Of a stretch of DNA of 42,037 bases, positions 16,676-26,190 are shown piece after piece. The notes beneath the pieces were generated by a model, which saw nothing but the letters and a program-made list of their open reading frames with translations, did no database searches and was not told where the DNA came from. Source of the stretch: a virus; the UHGV virus genome UHGV-1350584; one strand, 5' to 3'. Numbering within the stretch: the stretch's first letter is position 1; every line of letters begins with the position of its first letter. The position numbers and the translations under genes were made by a program.

Positions 16676-16948
16676 GTGGGAATGAACGTTAAAAAAGCAA
16701 GAAAGAAACCTGTAGAAATTGAGTTTATGCAATTTAAAGACATGGGAAATGTAGATGATATTGAAACGTGGACTAACTTAAAAGCAGTTTATGATTATGG
16801 CAACGACGGTAAAATAATGTATATTGATACGCTAGAAGGTGTAATGACAGCTAATATCGGAGACTATATCGTTAAAGGATTAAATGGAGAATTTTATCCA
16901 GTTAAACCTGACGTATTTGAAAAGTCATACGAGGTGATAGGGAAGTGA
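16676..16948 (+). CDS. Hypothetical protein (90 aa)
   Basis: GTG at 16676 or ATG at 16682, with an AAGGA RBS. Confidence 0.5.
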   Translation: MGMNVKKARKKPVEIEFMQFKDMGNVDDIETWTNLKAVYDYGNDGKIMYIDTLEGVMTANIGDYIVKGLNGEFYPVKPDVFEKSYEVIGK

Positions 16949-17148
16949 CACAATACTTAATCAGAGAATTTACAGACAGCACAGGACATATACACAAGCA
17001 CATCGAGAAAGCTAGATTTAACGAGAAAATGACACTTGTAGAAGCAGAGGATAAGGAAGAAGCAGAAGAGAAAGCAAAGCGTATATTAAGTCAGCACGAT
17101 AGATTACAACTTAGAAAACTATATCGTTTGCAAGAAAGATTGGGATAA
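16945..17148 (+). CDS. Hypothetical protein (67 aa)
   Basis: Coupled to the upstream stop. Confidence 0.45.
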   Translation: MTQYLIREFTDSTGHIHKHIEKARFNEKMTLVEAEDKEEAEEKAKRILSQHDRLQLRKLYRLQERLG

Positions 17149-17160
17149 GGAGTGAACGGA

Positions 17161-17313
17161 ATGAAAAGTAGTGAAGAAGTAATTGGAAAATTAAAAAGTG
17201 TAATTAGCGATATTGAAGAATCAAAGAAGGAAGATTCAATAACACTTACTTATAAATCAGCGTTGGAACACGTTATAGAATATATCGAACATGGAGATGA
17301 TTTAGATGATTAA
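17161..17313 (+). CDS. Hypothetical acidic protein (50 aa), not in the ORF track
   Basis: RBS AAGGAG 6 nt before ATG. Confidence 0.4.
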   Translation: MKSSEEVIGKLKSVISDIEESKKEDSITLTYKSALEHVIEYIEHGDDLDD

Positions 17314-17476
17314 ACGTATATTAAAGGTTTGGTTTACTATCGCTATGTATGAGTTAGGTAAATGGATTGGCAGAGAAGTTTATTACAAGTTGACTGCAAA
17401 CGATGAGGTGGAAGTGCCTAAGGACTTTGACGAGAATGATCATGCTCATTTGAATGGCATATACGGAGGTTATTAA
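17306..17476 (+). CDS. RinB-like small protein (56 aa), putative
   Basis: MIKRILKVWFTIAMYELGKW... resembles phi11 RinB. It is located upstream of rinA. Confidence 0.4.
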   Translation: MIKRILKVWFTIAMYELGKWIGREVYYKLTANDEVEVPKDFDENDHAHLNGIYGGY

Positions 17477-17479
17477 ATA

Positions 17480-17680
17480 TTGGGTGAAATTATATATATG
17501 ATTACAATTATAACATTGTCTATAGTCTTTGTTTTAATGGAGATATTTATAATATATCTTTTTGTTGAAGGAATTAAATACAAGGAATATGTAACGATTG
17601 GGTTTTCCGTTACCATGTTTTTACTTTCTATCTTGCTATTTTTACACTTTTTATATTTTGGGATTTTAGGAGGTTATTAA
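17480..17680 (+). CDS. Small integral membrane protein (66 aa, 2-3 TM)
   Basis: Highly hydrophobic (IITLSIVFVLMEIFIIYLF...FLLSILLFLHFLYFGILGG). Confidence 0.45.
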   Translation: MGEIIYMITIITLSIVFVLMEIFIIYLFVEGIKYKEYVTIGFSVTMFLLSILLFLHFLYFGILGGY

Positions 17681-17681
17681 T

Positions 17682-18080
17682 GTGATTTGGATAAGTTTTT
17701 CATCGGTAATAATTGTGTTAGTACTGTGTATTTTTGCTATATATAAGTGGATTAAAGCAGAGAAAAGAGTTAATGAGTTACAGGAAGATAAACATGGATT
17801 GCAATTAGATAAGTTACATTTAGAAAGAGAGGTATCTTGGTTGAAAAATAAGGATAATAAAAACAACATAGGCAAATACGTGGTTGAGTTAAAAAAAGGA
17901 GTATATTTAGTGAAAAAATATATAGGTAGTTATGGAAACACATGCATAATCACTGACAATGTATTTGAAGCTTTATCTTACGACGATTTATATTCAGCTA
18001 AAGAAGATGCATGTAGTTTTAACGGACGTGTACTAGAACACAAACCTAATTTAGAGGTGGTCAAACAATGTGGGGCGTAA
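17682..18080 (+). CDS. Membrane-anchored protein (132 aa; N-terminal TM plus coiled coil)
   Basis: MIWISFSSVIIVLVLCIFAIY TM segment. RBS GGAGG upstream. Confidence 0.5.
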   Translation: MIWISFSSVIIVLVLCIFAIYKWIKAEKRVNELQEDKHGLQLDKLHLEREVSWLKNKDNKNNIGKYVVELKKGVYLVKKYIGSYGNTCIITDNVFEALSYDDLYSAKEDACSFNGRVLEHKPNLEVVKQCGA

Positions 18081-18208
18081 TAGCAATCATTATATTAGTT
18101 TTACTACTATTTGGCTCTATACTTGAACAGAATGATCTAAAACATCAGTTAGAAGTGAAAGATTATGAGATTAAGACCTTGAAAGATAAGTTGGAGAATG
18201 GAGGGTAA
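18068..18208 (+). CDS. Small membrane protein (46 aa), not in the ORF track
   Basis: MWGVIAIIILVLLLFGSIL TM segment then a charged tail. Coupled to the upstream gene. Confidence 0.35.
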   Translation: MWGVIAIIILVLLLFGSILEQNDLKHQLEVKDYEIKTLKDKLENGG

Positions 18209-18430
18209 GTGATGTTTTATAAATCCAAGTGGATTAAATTAAAAACTCTAGTTCTTAGTTTAATTTTGATGATGCAAAACGATAAAGACCGTAGTACCCA
18301 TGTTAAAATCGGTGAAATTGTAGCTTTAGAAAGTATATTAAGTAAAATGGATGAATATGACGGCGGTAATGATTTTCAAAATTTAAAGTATGAAGAATAC
18401 AAAAAGCGAATTAATAAAAAAGGAAACTAA
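18209..18430 (+). CDS. Hypothetical protein (73 aa)
   Basis: RBS GGAGGG upstream. Confidence 0.45.
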   Translation: MMFYKSKWIKLKTLVLSLILMMQNDKDRSTHVKIGEIVALESILSKMDEYDGGNDFQNLKYEEYKKRINKKGN

Positions 18431-18447
18431 AGGAATGGAGGGTAAGT

Positions 18448-18864
18448 ATGATAACGATTGAACGACACGATATAAAGAAACTAGAAGATTATATCAAGAA
18501 CATAGAGCGTTACAGACGAGAGTTAAAAGTAAGAGAGTATGAATTGTTAGAGAACCACGAACCCGAAAATGTAGGTGCAGGTAAAAGTAATATACCAGGT
18601 AATCCTATTGAGAGAGAATCAATTAAGAAGTTAAGTGACAATCGTTATAACAACTTACGTAATATTGTAAAAGGTGTAGATAAGCTTATATATGAATCAG
18701 ATGAAGATACACAAGACTTAATGCGCTTGAGATACTGGGAGTGTCCGATAGGTTGTAGTGAATGGGAAGATATAGCTGAATACTTCGGAACAAGTAAGAC
18801 AAGTATATTAAGACGACGTGACGCAATGATAAATAGATTGGCAGAATTTATAGGTTATGTGTAA
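18448..18864 (+). CDS. rinA: RinA-type late-gene transcriptional activator (ArpU family)
   Basis: ~138 aa. C-terminal sigma-region-4-like HTH (LMRLRYWE...SEWEDIAEYFGTSKTSILRRRDAMINRLAEF). Located immediately upstream of the terS region. RBS GGAGGG. Confidence 0.75.
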   Translation: MITIERHDIKKLEDYIKNIERYRRELKVREYELLENHEPENVGAGKSNIPGNPIERESIKKLSDNRYNNLRNIVKGVDKLIYESDEDTQDLMRLRYWECPIGCSEWEDIAEYFGTSKTSILRRRDAMINRLAEFIGYV

Positions 18865-19318
18865 GGTGGACTTTTGAAGTGTGTAAGTCCGTTTATAATC
18901 GGTGTATTATGATATTGTAAGAATTACCTCACAAGACATAGTGTTTATCCTTTCGCACTATGGTGAGGTATTCAATATCGAAGTGATTGGATAAGTGTTT
19001 ATCGTCCTTGATTAGACGTTGCACATCCGATTGCTTAACTATCCGTCAGAGTGGCGGGTAGTTTTATTGAATCTTACAACACGGCTTCCGATACGATGAT
19101 ATGAATACTTGACATGTAATTTTTCTCCTCCCTTAATTAGTTATCCGTGAGAACACACGGGTAACTTATTTTTATGTATTGATGTGACATAGAGATGTGA
19201 CATGAGTACATAAACTCAAATAAATAACAAAACATAATCATTAGGCACTGTTTACGCAGTGTCTTTTTTTATACGTCAAATAAAGGTGCTTAACCGTGAG
19301 AGTAGGTGGTAATATACG
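18865..19318. promoter_or_regulatory. 454-bp structured non-coding region upstream of terS (late promoter / RinA target / pac-proximal)
   Basis: A ~22-bp motif TATCCGT(C/G)AGA..CGGGTA..TTTTATT is duplicated (about 19050-19075 and 19141-19166). Tandem GATGTGACAT repeats are at 19182-19191 and 19195-19204. Hairpin GAATTACCTCAC...GGTGAGGTATTC is at ~18925-18975. Hairpin GCACTG tttacg CAGTGt plus a T-run is at 19243-19270. Confidence 0.5.
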
Positions 19319-19699
19319 ATGACTAACATGCAAAATAACGCAACATTCGGGGCGTACTTGGAATTAACTAAGAAGCAACAAGAATATATACGCTTGAAGA
19401 ACGAAACAGATTTAGCAGAGGGAGAAATAGCTGCTGAAATTGACGTTAACCGTTCTACTATATCTCGTTGGAAACATAATGATAAATTCAGAGAAGGCTT
19501 TAAAGGTTACCAAGCAGAGCATTTGTCTAAGCAGGTACCTAAAGCCTTACAAACGATGATTAACTTATTAGACGCTAAAAGTGAGCTAGTACGCTATCAA
19601 GCCTCTAAAGATATATTGGATCGTACAGGTTATACTCCTGTAGAAAGACAACAAATCGAAACGACTGCGACGGTGCATTTCGACGATGATATCAATTAA
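19319..19699 (+). CDS. terS: Terminase small subunit (HTH-containing)
   Basis: RBS AGGTGG. 126 aa with an N-terminal HTH (EIAAEIDVNRSTISRWKHN). It overlaps the terL start. Confidence 0.75.
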   Translation: MTNMQNNATFGAYLELTKKQQEYIRLKNETDLAEGEIAAEIDVNRSTISRWKHNDKFREGFKGYQAEHLSKQVPKALQTMINLLDAKSELVRYQASKDILDRTGYTPVERQQIETTATVHFDDDIN

Positions 19700-20948
19700 A
19701 TTATCTGAACTGTTACCTAAACACTTTCATAGCTTGTGGAAAGCGACTAAAGATAGAGAGAAGCTGAACATAGTAGCTAAAGGTGGACGTGGTAGTGGTA
19801 AGTCGTCTGACATATCTATCATCATTACACAGTTAATCATGCGCTATCCTATGAATGCGGTTGTAGTACGTAAGACGGATAATACATTAGCTACATCAGT
19901 ATTTGAACAAATCAAGTGGGCGATAGAAGAACAAAAAGTGTCACACTTGTTCAAAGTTAAGGTGTCGCCAATGGAAATCACATATGTACCTAGAGGGAAT
20001 CGGATTATCTTTAGAGGGGCGCAGAACCCTGAACGATTAAAGTCGTTAAAAGATAGTCGGTTCCCTTTTTCTATCATGTGGATAGAGGAGTTGGCAGAGT
20101 TTAAGACAGAAGATGAAGTCACGACAATTACTAACTCTATGTTACGTGGAGAACTAGACGATGGATTGTTCTACAAGTTTTTCTTTAGTTATAACCCGCC
20201 TAAGAGAAAACAATCGTGGGTTAACAAAAAATACGAAACCTCATTCCAACCGGATAATACATTTGTACATCATTCAACGTACTTAGATAATCCTTTTATA
20301 TCTAAACAATTCATACAAGAGGCAGAGAGTGCGAAAGAACGTAACGAACAACGTTATCGTTGGGAATATATGGGTGAAGCTATTGGTAGTGGCGTTGTAC
20401 CGTTTAACAACTTGCAAATAGAGAAGATACCTGATGACTTATACAAGACATTCGATAATATACGTAATGCAGTTGACTTTGGTTATGCTACTGATCCACT
20501 AGCATTTGTACGTTGGCACTATGATAAGAAGAAACGTATTATCTATGCAGTTGATGAACACTATGGTGTACAAATAAGCAATAGAGAGTTTGCTAACTGG
20601 TTAAAACGTAGAGGCTATCAATCAGATGATATATTCGCAGATAGCGCTGAACCGAAGTCGATTGCAGAGCTGAAACAAGAACACGGTATCAAGAGAATTA
20701 AAGGTGTGAAAAAAGGTCCTGACAGTGTAGAACACGGGGAACAATGGCTTGATGATTTAACAGCTATTGTGATAGATCCTAACAGAACACCTAATATAGC
20801 GAGAGAATTTGAGAATATCGACTATGAAACTGACAAAGACGGCAACGTTAAACCGAGATTAGAGGATAAAGACAATCATACGATAGACGCCACTAGATAC
20901 GCCTTAGAGCGTGACATGAGGCAGAATAAACTTAGCATACTTACGTAA
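19686..20948 (+). CDS. terL: Terminase large subunit (ATPase plus nuclease)
   Basis: Walker A AKGGRGSGKS, a Walker B-like motif, and C-terminal nuclease acidic residues. 420 aa. Confidence 0.9.
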   Translation: MISIKLSELLPKHFHSLWKATKDREKLNIVAKGGRGSGKSSDISIIITQLIMRYPMNAVVVRKTDNTLATSVFEQIKWAIEEQKVSHLFKVKVSPMEITYVPRGNRIIFRGAQNPERLKSLKDSRFPFSIMWIEELAEFKTEDEVTTITNSMLRGELDDGLFYKFFFSYNPPKRKQSWVNKKYETSFQPDNTFVHHSTYLDNPFISKQFIQEAESAKERNEQRYRWEYMGEAIGSGVVPFNNLQIEKIPDDLYKTFDNIRNAVDFGYATDPLAFVRWHYDKKKRIIYAVDEHYGVQISNREFANWLKRRGYQSDDIFADSAEPKSIAELKQEHGIKRIKGVKKGPDSVEHGEQWLDDLTAIVIDPNRTPNIAREFENIDYETDKDGNVKPRLEDKDNHTIDATRYALERDMRQNKLSILT

Positions 20949-20953
20949 ACGAG

Positions 20954-22390
20954 GTGATTAGCATTAACTGGCCATGGGATAAACCATATCACGAACAAGT
21001 GGTAGAACAAATCAAACCGAAGTATGAAACGCAAGAAGAAATGATATTGCGCTTGGTTAGAGAACATAAAGAGAATATAGACAATATCACAATGGGCGAA
21101 AGATATTATAATCATCACCCAGATATATTAGACGCTCCTTCCAAAAAAGATGTAAACGGCGACTATGACGAAACTAAACCGGACTGGCGCATGTATACTA
21201 ACTACCATCAAAACTTAGTAGACCAGAAAGTAGCTTATGCAGTTGCTAATCCTGTGACATTTGGTGTAGATAATGACAAAGCATTAAAACAAATACAACA
21301 CACACTTAATCACAAGTGGGATGACAAATTAGTAGATATATTAACTGCTGCAAGTAATAAAGGTATCGAATGGGTTCAACCTTATGTAGATGAAGAGGGA
21401 GAATTTAAAACGTTTCGTGTACCTGCAGAACAAGCTGTACCTATTTGGACTAATAAGGAAAGAGATGAACTGCAAGCGTTTATCCGTGTATATGAATTAG
21501 ACGGAGCAGAACGTGTTGAGTATTGGACAAAAGATGATGTGACATTCTATGAATTGAAAGAAGGGCAACTCATTCCTGATTTCTATCGTAGTGAAGATCA
21601 TATACAACCTCATTACTATCAAGGTAATAAATTGATGAGTTGGGGGCGCGTTCCTTTCATTCCGTTCAAGAACAACCCGCAAGAAGTATCTGACTTATTC
21701 ATGTACAAAACAATTATAGACGCGTTAGATAAGCGATTATCAGACACACAAAACACTTTTGACGAATCAGTAGAGTTAATCTATATCTTAAAAGGTTACG
21801 AAGGTGAAGATATGAAAGACTTCATGCATAACCTTAAATACTATAAAGCAATTAGTGTTGCAGGAGAAAGTGGTTCTGGCGTAGACACTATCAAAGTAGA
21901 AGTGCCTATTGACTCTGTTAAGGAATACACGAAGATGTTACGTGATTACATTATAGAGTTTGGACAAGGTGTAGACTTCCAACAAGATAAATTTGGTAAT
22001 AGCCCAAGTGGTATTGCACTTAAATTTATGTACAGTAACTTAGACTTGAAAGCTAATAAATTGAAGAACAAAACACTTACTGCATTACAAGAGTTGTTGC
22101 AGTACATTATCGACTTCTACAGATTAGATGTGAAAGTGCAAGACATCGAGATTACATTCAACTTCAATGTAATGGTTAATGAGTTAGAAAACTCTCAAAT
22201 CGCTATGAATTCTACAGGGTTATTATCTAAAGAAACTATTCTTGGTAATCATTCGTGGGTACAAGATCCTGTAGCTGAAATGGAAAGAATAGAGCAAGAA
22301 AACATAGAACTCAATCAACAACTCCCTGACATTGAGGAGGGATTGAATGACGAACAACAAAGACAATCCGAAGATAACCAATCAGAATGA
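20954..22390 (+). CDS. Portal protein
   Basis: 478 aa, immediately after terL, acidic C-terminus. GTG start. Confidence 0.8.
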   Translation: MISINWPWDKPYHEQVVEQIKPKYETQEEMILRLVREHKENIDNITMGERYYNHHPDILDAPSKKDVNGDYDETKPDWRMYTNYHQNLVDQKVAYAVANPVTFGVDNDKALKQIQHTLNHKWDDKLVDILTAASNKGIEWVQPYVDEEGEFKTFRVPAEQAVPIWTNKERDELQAFIRVYELDGAERVEYWTKDDVTFYELKEGQLIPDFYRSEDHIQPHYYQGNKLMSWGRVPFIPFKNNPQEVSDLFMYKTIIDALDKRLSDTQNTFDESVELIYILKGYEGEDMKDFMHNLKYYKAISVAGESGSGVDTIKVEVPIDSVKEYTKMLRDYIIEFGQGVDFQQDKFGNSPSGIALKFMYSNLDLKANKLKNKTLTALQELLQYIIDFYRLDVKVQDIEITFNFNVMVNELENSQIAMNSTGLLSKETILGNHSWVQDPVAEMERIEQENIELNQQLPDIEEGLNDEQQRQSEDNQSE

Positions 22391-23294
22391 CATAGATAAC
22401 TACATCGACAAACTGGTTAATCAAGCAGAGAAAGAAATCGAAATACTATTTGCTAAACGTTTGAAAGAAATCAAACAGATTATTGCGAACATGTATGAGA
22501 AATACGATAGAGATGAACCACAAGTGACGTGGACTGAATTCAATAAATACAACAGGCTCAACAAAGAACTTAATCGTATAGGACAGATGTTATCTCAAGA
22601 CTACAGAGAAGTCGCTAAGGCTATCAAACAATCACAACAGAACGTCTATATCGAAAAGTACATGATGAGCCTATTTTTGTATGAAGTAGCAAGTCAAACG
22701 TCTATGAACTTTGATATACCTACTCCGCAGACAATACAGACGGCAATTGAACAACCTATTGAGTTTATCAAGTTAGTACCTACACTACAGAAACATCGTG
22801 ATGATACATTAAAACGTATTCGTACACACATAACACAAGGCATTATGAGTGGTGAGGGATATTCTAAGATAGCTAAAGCATTAAGAAATGATTTAGGTAT
22901 GTCAAAAGCTCAATCAGTAAGAGTAGCACGTACAGAAACAGGACGCGCATTGTCACAAGCAGGATTAGATAGTGCAATGGTAGCTAAAGATAACGGACTT
23001 GATATGAAGAAACGTTGGTATGCTACTAAAGATACACGCACACGTGATACACACAGACACTTAGACGGCACTTCGGTCGATATTGAAGATAACTTTCACT
23101 CAAGTGGTTGTGTAGGTCCTGCACCTAAATTATTTGTTGGTGTAGCTAGTGCAAAAGAGAATATTAACTGTCGTTGTAAGCTTCTTTATTACATAGACGA
23201 AGATGAATTACCTACAACGATGAGAACTAAAGAAGATGGTGTGATACCTTTCACTAACTATAGAGAGTGGGAGAAGAACAAACGTAAGCAGTAA
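22347..23294 (+). CDS. Minor head / head-morphogenesis protein (SPP1 gp7 / Mu F-like)
   Basis: Position after the portal. RBS GGAGGG. C-terminal conserved block (RTETGRALSQAG...TRDTHRHLDG). Confidence 0.7.
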   Translation: MTNNKDNPKITNQNDIDNYIDKLVNQAEKEIEILFAKRLKEIKQIIANMYEKYDRDEPQVTWTEFNKYNRLNKELNRIGQMLSQDYREVAKAIKQSQQNVYIEKYMMSLFLYEVASQTSMNFDIPTPQTIQTAIEQPIEFIKLVPTLQKHRDDTLKRIRTHITQGIMSGEGYSKIAKALRNDLGMSKAQSVRVARTETGRALSQAGLDSAMVAKDNGLDMKKRWYATKDTRTRDTHRHLDGTSVDIEDNFHSSGCVGPAPKLFVGVASAKENINCRCKLLYYIDEDELPTTMRTKEDGVIPFTNYREWEKNKRKQ

Positions 23295-23387
23295 ATACTC
23301 GACCTTAGCACCGTCGTTAAAAGGCTTCTTTTTTATACAAATCTTTCGTGTCGTAACACGTTAAAAACGTAAAAGGAGTAGTTAAAT

Positions 23388-23981
23388 ATGGACTTATACG
23401 CATTATTAGGGCAATTTAAAGACGGTGAAATCGATAAACAGAAAGTGATTGATGCTATTGATGAATCGAAATCAGGTATGGTACCACGTTCTCGATTGAA
23501 TGATAAGAACGCTGAAATCGATGAATTAAAAGCAGAGATTACTAACCGTGATGAACAAATTGCCAAGTTACAAGACTCTGTGAAAGATGATAGCGAGTTA
23601 CAAAAAGAACTCGACGAATTAAAAGATAAAAACGCAGAGTGGCAAACTAAGTACCAAGAATCACAATTGAATAACGCTGTTAAGTTAGCAGTTGCTAAAG
23701 ATGCAAATGACGCTGACGATATTCTAGCTCTCATTAACAAAGACGAGTTAGAACTACAAGACGACGGCAATGTTAAAGGTTTAGATAAAGCGATTGAATC
23801 GTTAAAAGAGTCTAAGTCTTATTTATTTGCTGAAAGTAAACCAAGTGGGCGCACACCATATGACGGCAAAAAAGTAAATGGTGGAATCACGCAAGAAGAA
23901 TTTAACAATATGAGCGTCGCAGAGAGAACTAATCTATTCGTTAACGATAGAAAAACTTACGACACTCTAATAAACAATTAG
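23388..23981 (+). CDS. Scaffolding protein
   Basis: Acidic coiled-coil protein directly upstream of the capsid gene. RBS AAAGGAG. Confidence 0.75.
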   Translation: MDLYALLGQFKDGEIDKQKVIDAIDESKSGMVPRSRLNDKNAEIDELKAEITNRDEQIAKLQDSVKDDSELQKELDELKDKNAEWQTKYQESQLNNAVKLAVAKDANDADDILALINKDELELQDDGNVKGLDKAIESLKESKSYLFAESKPSGRTPYDGKKVNGGITQEEFNNMSVAERTNLFVNDRKTYDTLINN

Positions 23982-23998
23982 AAAAGAGGTAATAACAT

Positions 23999-24829
23999 AT
24001 GGCACAAGGAACAACAACTAAAAGTACACAAATCGTTCCAGAAGTATTAAAACCTATGATGCAAGCAGAATTAGATAAGAAATTGAGATTTGCACAATTT
24101 GCAGACATTGACAGTACATTAGTAGGACAACCAGGTGACACTTTAACTTTCCCTGCATTTGTTTACAGTGGTGATGCTACAGTAGTACCTGAAGGACAAA
24201 AAATTCCTGTAGACAAAATTGAAACTAACAGACGTGAAGCTAAAATTCATAAAATCGGTAAAGGTACTGATATTACTGATGAAGCTTTATTGTCTGGTTA
24301 TGGTGACCCTCAAGGAGAAGCAGTACGTCAACACGGTTTAGCTATTGCTAACAAAGTAGATAACGACGTGTTAGAAGCTTTACGAGGTACGAAATTAACA
24401 GTTAGTGGAGATATTGGTACATTAGCAGGTTTAGAAGCTGCAATTGACACATTCGATGATGAAGATTTAGAACCAATGGTATTATTCATTAATCCTAAAG
24501 ACGCTGGTAAATTACGTTCTAGCGCTTCAGATAACTTCACTCGCGCTACTGAATTAGGCGATAACATTATCGTTAAAGGTGCGTTTGGCGAAGCGTTAGG
24601 TGCTATCATTGTACGTTCTAAGAAATTAGATGAGGGCGAAGCTATTTTAGCTAAACGTGGTGCAGTTAAATTAATCACTAAACGTGATTTCTTCTTAGAA
24701 ACTGACCGTGATCCTTCAACTAAAACAACTGCTTTATACAGTGATAAACATTATGTAGCATACTTATATGATGAATCTAAAGCAGTTAAGGTTACTAAAG
24801 GCGCAGGAACTACAGACTCAGGCGCATAA
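23999..24829 (+). CDS. Major capsid protein
   Basis: Position after the scaffold, 276 aa, RBS AAGAGG, predicted high expression. Confidence 0.7.
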   Translation: MAQGTTTKSTQIVPEVLKPMMQAELDKKLRFAQFADIDSTLVGQPGDTLTFPAFVYSGDATVVPEGQKIPVDKIETNRREAKIHKIGKGTDITDEALLSGYGDPQGEAVRQHGLAIANKVDNDVLEALRGTKLTVSGDIGTLAGLEAAIDTFDDEDLEPMVLFINPKDAGKLRSSASDNFTRATELGDNIIVKGAFGEALGAIIVRSKKLDEGEAILAKRGAVKLITKRDFFLETDRDPSTKTTALYSDKHYVAYLYDESKAVKVTKGAGTTDSGA

Positions 24830-24845
24830 AAGGAGGTAGTGACGT

Positions 24846-25136
24846 ATGTATAAAGTAATCGAATACTTCACAGACTTACAAGATGACAACTACGAATATA
24901 ACGTTGGAGATACGTTCCCTCGTAAAGGTTTAAATGTAAGTGATGAACGATTAGTCGAACTATCCACAAAAGAGAACCGTCAAAACAAGCCCCTTATTAA
25001 GCGTGTAGAGAGCGATAAAGACTTAAAAAGTATGAAAGTATCAGAATTAAGAGAACTCGCTAAAGAACGTGAAATAGAGGGCTTTTCTAGTATGAAAAAA
25101 GATGAACTCATTGAAGCATTAGGAAGTGTTGAGTAA
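24846..25136 (+). CDS. Rho_N-domain small protein (head-associated)
   Basis: KVSELRELAKEREIEGFSSMKKDELIEAL is the Rho termination factor N-terminal-like motif. Confidence 0.55.
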   Translation: MYKVIEYFTDLQDDNYEYNVGDTFPRKGLNVSDERLVELSTKENRQNKPLIKRVESDKDLKSMKVSELRELAKEREIEGFSSMKKDELIEALGSVE

Positions 25137-25450
25137 TGAACGCACAAGACGTTAAATTATTAAACAATCTCTCGCTCGATGATACTTCAAATGACGAAAC
25201 AATCGAATTACTTATTGAAAAGTATCTGAATGTAGCTGAAGAATATTGTAATCAAACATTCAATAGGAAGTCATTACCTAGTAATGTAGAGAAATTCATT
25301 GCTAACTGTATTAAACAAGGTACGACTAGCAATATTTCTTCACGTACTATGGGTACTGTGAGCTACACTTTCGTTACTGATCTACCTAAGGAAACATACG
25401 GTTACCTTAAACCATTTAGACGCTTACGTTGGACTGGTTATCATGTTTAA
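25136..25450 (+). CDS. Head-tail connector (gp6-like)
   Basis: Size, position, and N-terminal pattern DVKLLNNLSLDD...IELLIEKYLNVAEEYCNQTF. Confidence 0.6.
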   Translation: MNAQDVKLLNNLSLDDTSNDETIELLIEKYLNVAEEYCNQTFNRKSLPSNVEKFIANCIKQGTTSNISSRTMGTVSYTFVTDLPKETYGYLKPFRRLRWTGYHV

Positions 25451-25772
25451 TCCATTAAATGAGTTTCCTCATACAATCGAATTAGGCTCAAGAGAGGTTG
25501 TAGGAGAGTATCCACGTGAACAAGAGCGCTTTAAGAGCGAAAAAACAATACAAGGATTTATGGATACGCCTACTTCATCTGAACAACTCAAGTTTCATCA
25601 AATGAACCAATCATACGACAGAAACCTATATACGCCGTACAGCCTGCCAATAACTAACACAAACTTATTTAAATACAACGGTAAAACTTACGAAGTAGTA
25701 GGAGAACCTGTCGACCAAGGCGGGCAACAAGAAATCAACTTAACAAGATTGAGAGAATGTCCTATTGGCTAA
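25443..25772 (+). CDS. Head-tail adaptor / head closure protein
   Basis: Position in the conserved siphovirus order. Confidence 0.5.
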   Translation: MFNPLNEFPHTIELGSREVVGEYPREQERFKSEKTIQGFMDTPTSSEQLKFHQMNQSYDRNLYTPYSLPITNTNLFKYNGKTYEVVGEPVDQGGQQEINLTRLRECPIG

Positions 25773-26178
25773 GGTTAAATACGGAAATTGGGATTTAGTT
25801 AAGGAACTTGAGGAGTTTGAAAAAGAAACGATTAGATGGGCTAAAAAAGGTATAGCCAAGACAACAACAATTATTCACAATTCAATAGTTAGTAACATGC
25901 CTGTTGATACCGGTTATCTTAGAGAAAGTGTTTCTATGGACTTTAAGAAGGGCGGATTAACAGGCGTTATTAATATCGGCAGTGAGTACGCAGTTTACGT
26001 CAACTACGGTACAGGGATATACGCAGTCGGTCCGGGTGGTAGTCGTGCAAAGAATATCCCGTGGCGTTACAAAGACGCAGACGGACATTGGCACACAACT
26101 AAAGGGCAACATGCACAGCCTTTTTGGGAACCTGCAATCGATGAAGGTAGAGCGTTTTTCAATAAGTATTTTTCATAA
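25765..26178 (+). CDS. Tail component (HK97 gp10-like)
   Basis: Position. TTG start overlapping the upstream stop. Confidence 0.5.
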   Translation: MAKVKYGNWDLVKELEEFEKETIRWAKKGIAKTTTIIHNSIVSNMPVDTGYLRESVSMDFKKGGLTGVINIGSEYAVYVNYGTGIYAVGPGGSRAKNIPWRYKDADGHWHTTKGQHAQPFWEPAIDEGRAFFNKYFS

Positions 26179-26190
26179 GGTGGTTAAGAT

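Noticed and set aside
19074-19115. 13-codon minus-strand ORF (MSSIHIIVSEAVL) with a strong GGGAGGAG RBS in the rinA-terS intergenic region
   Set aside because: It is too short to evaluate and lies inside a region better explained as the late promoter/regulatory DNA. It is kept only as a note that minus-strand transcription there is not excluded.
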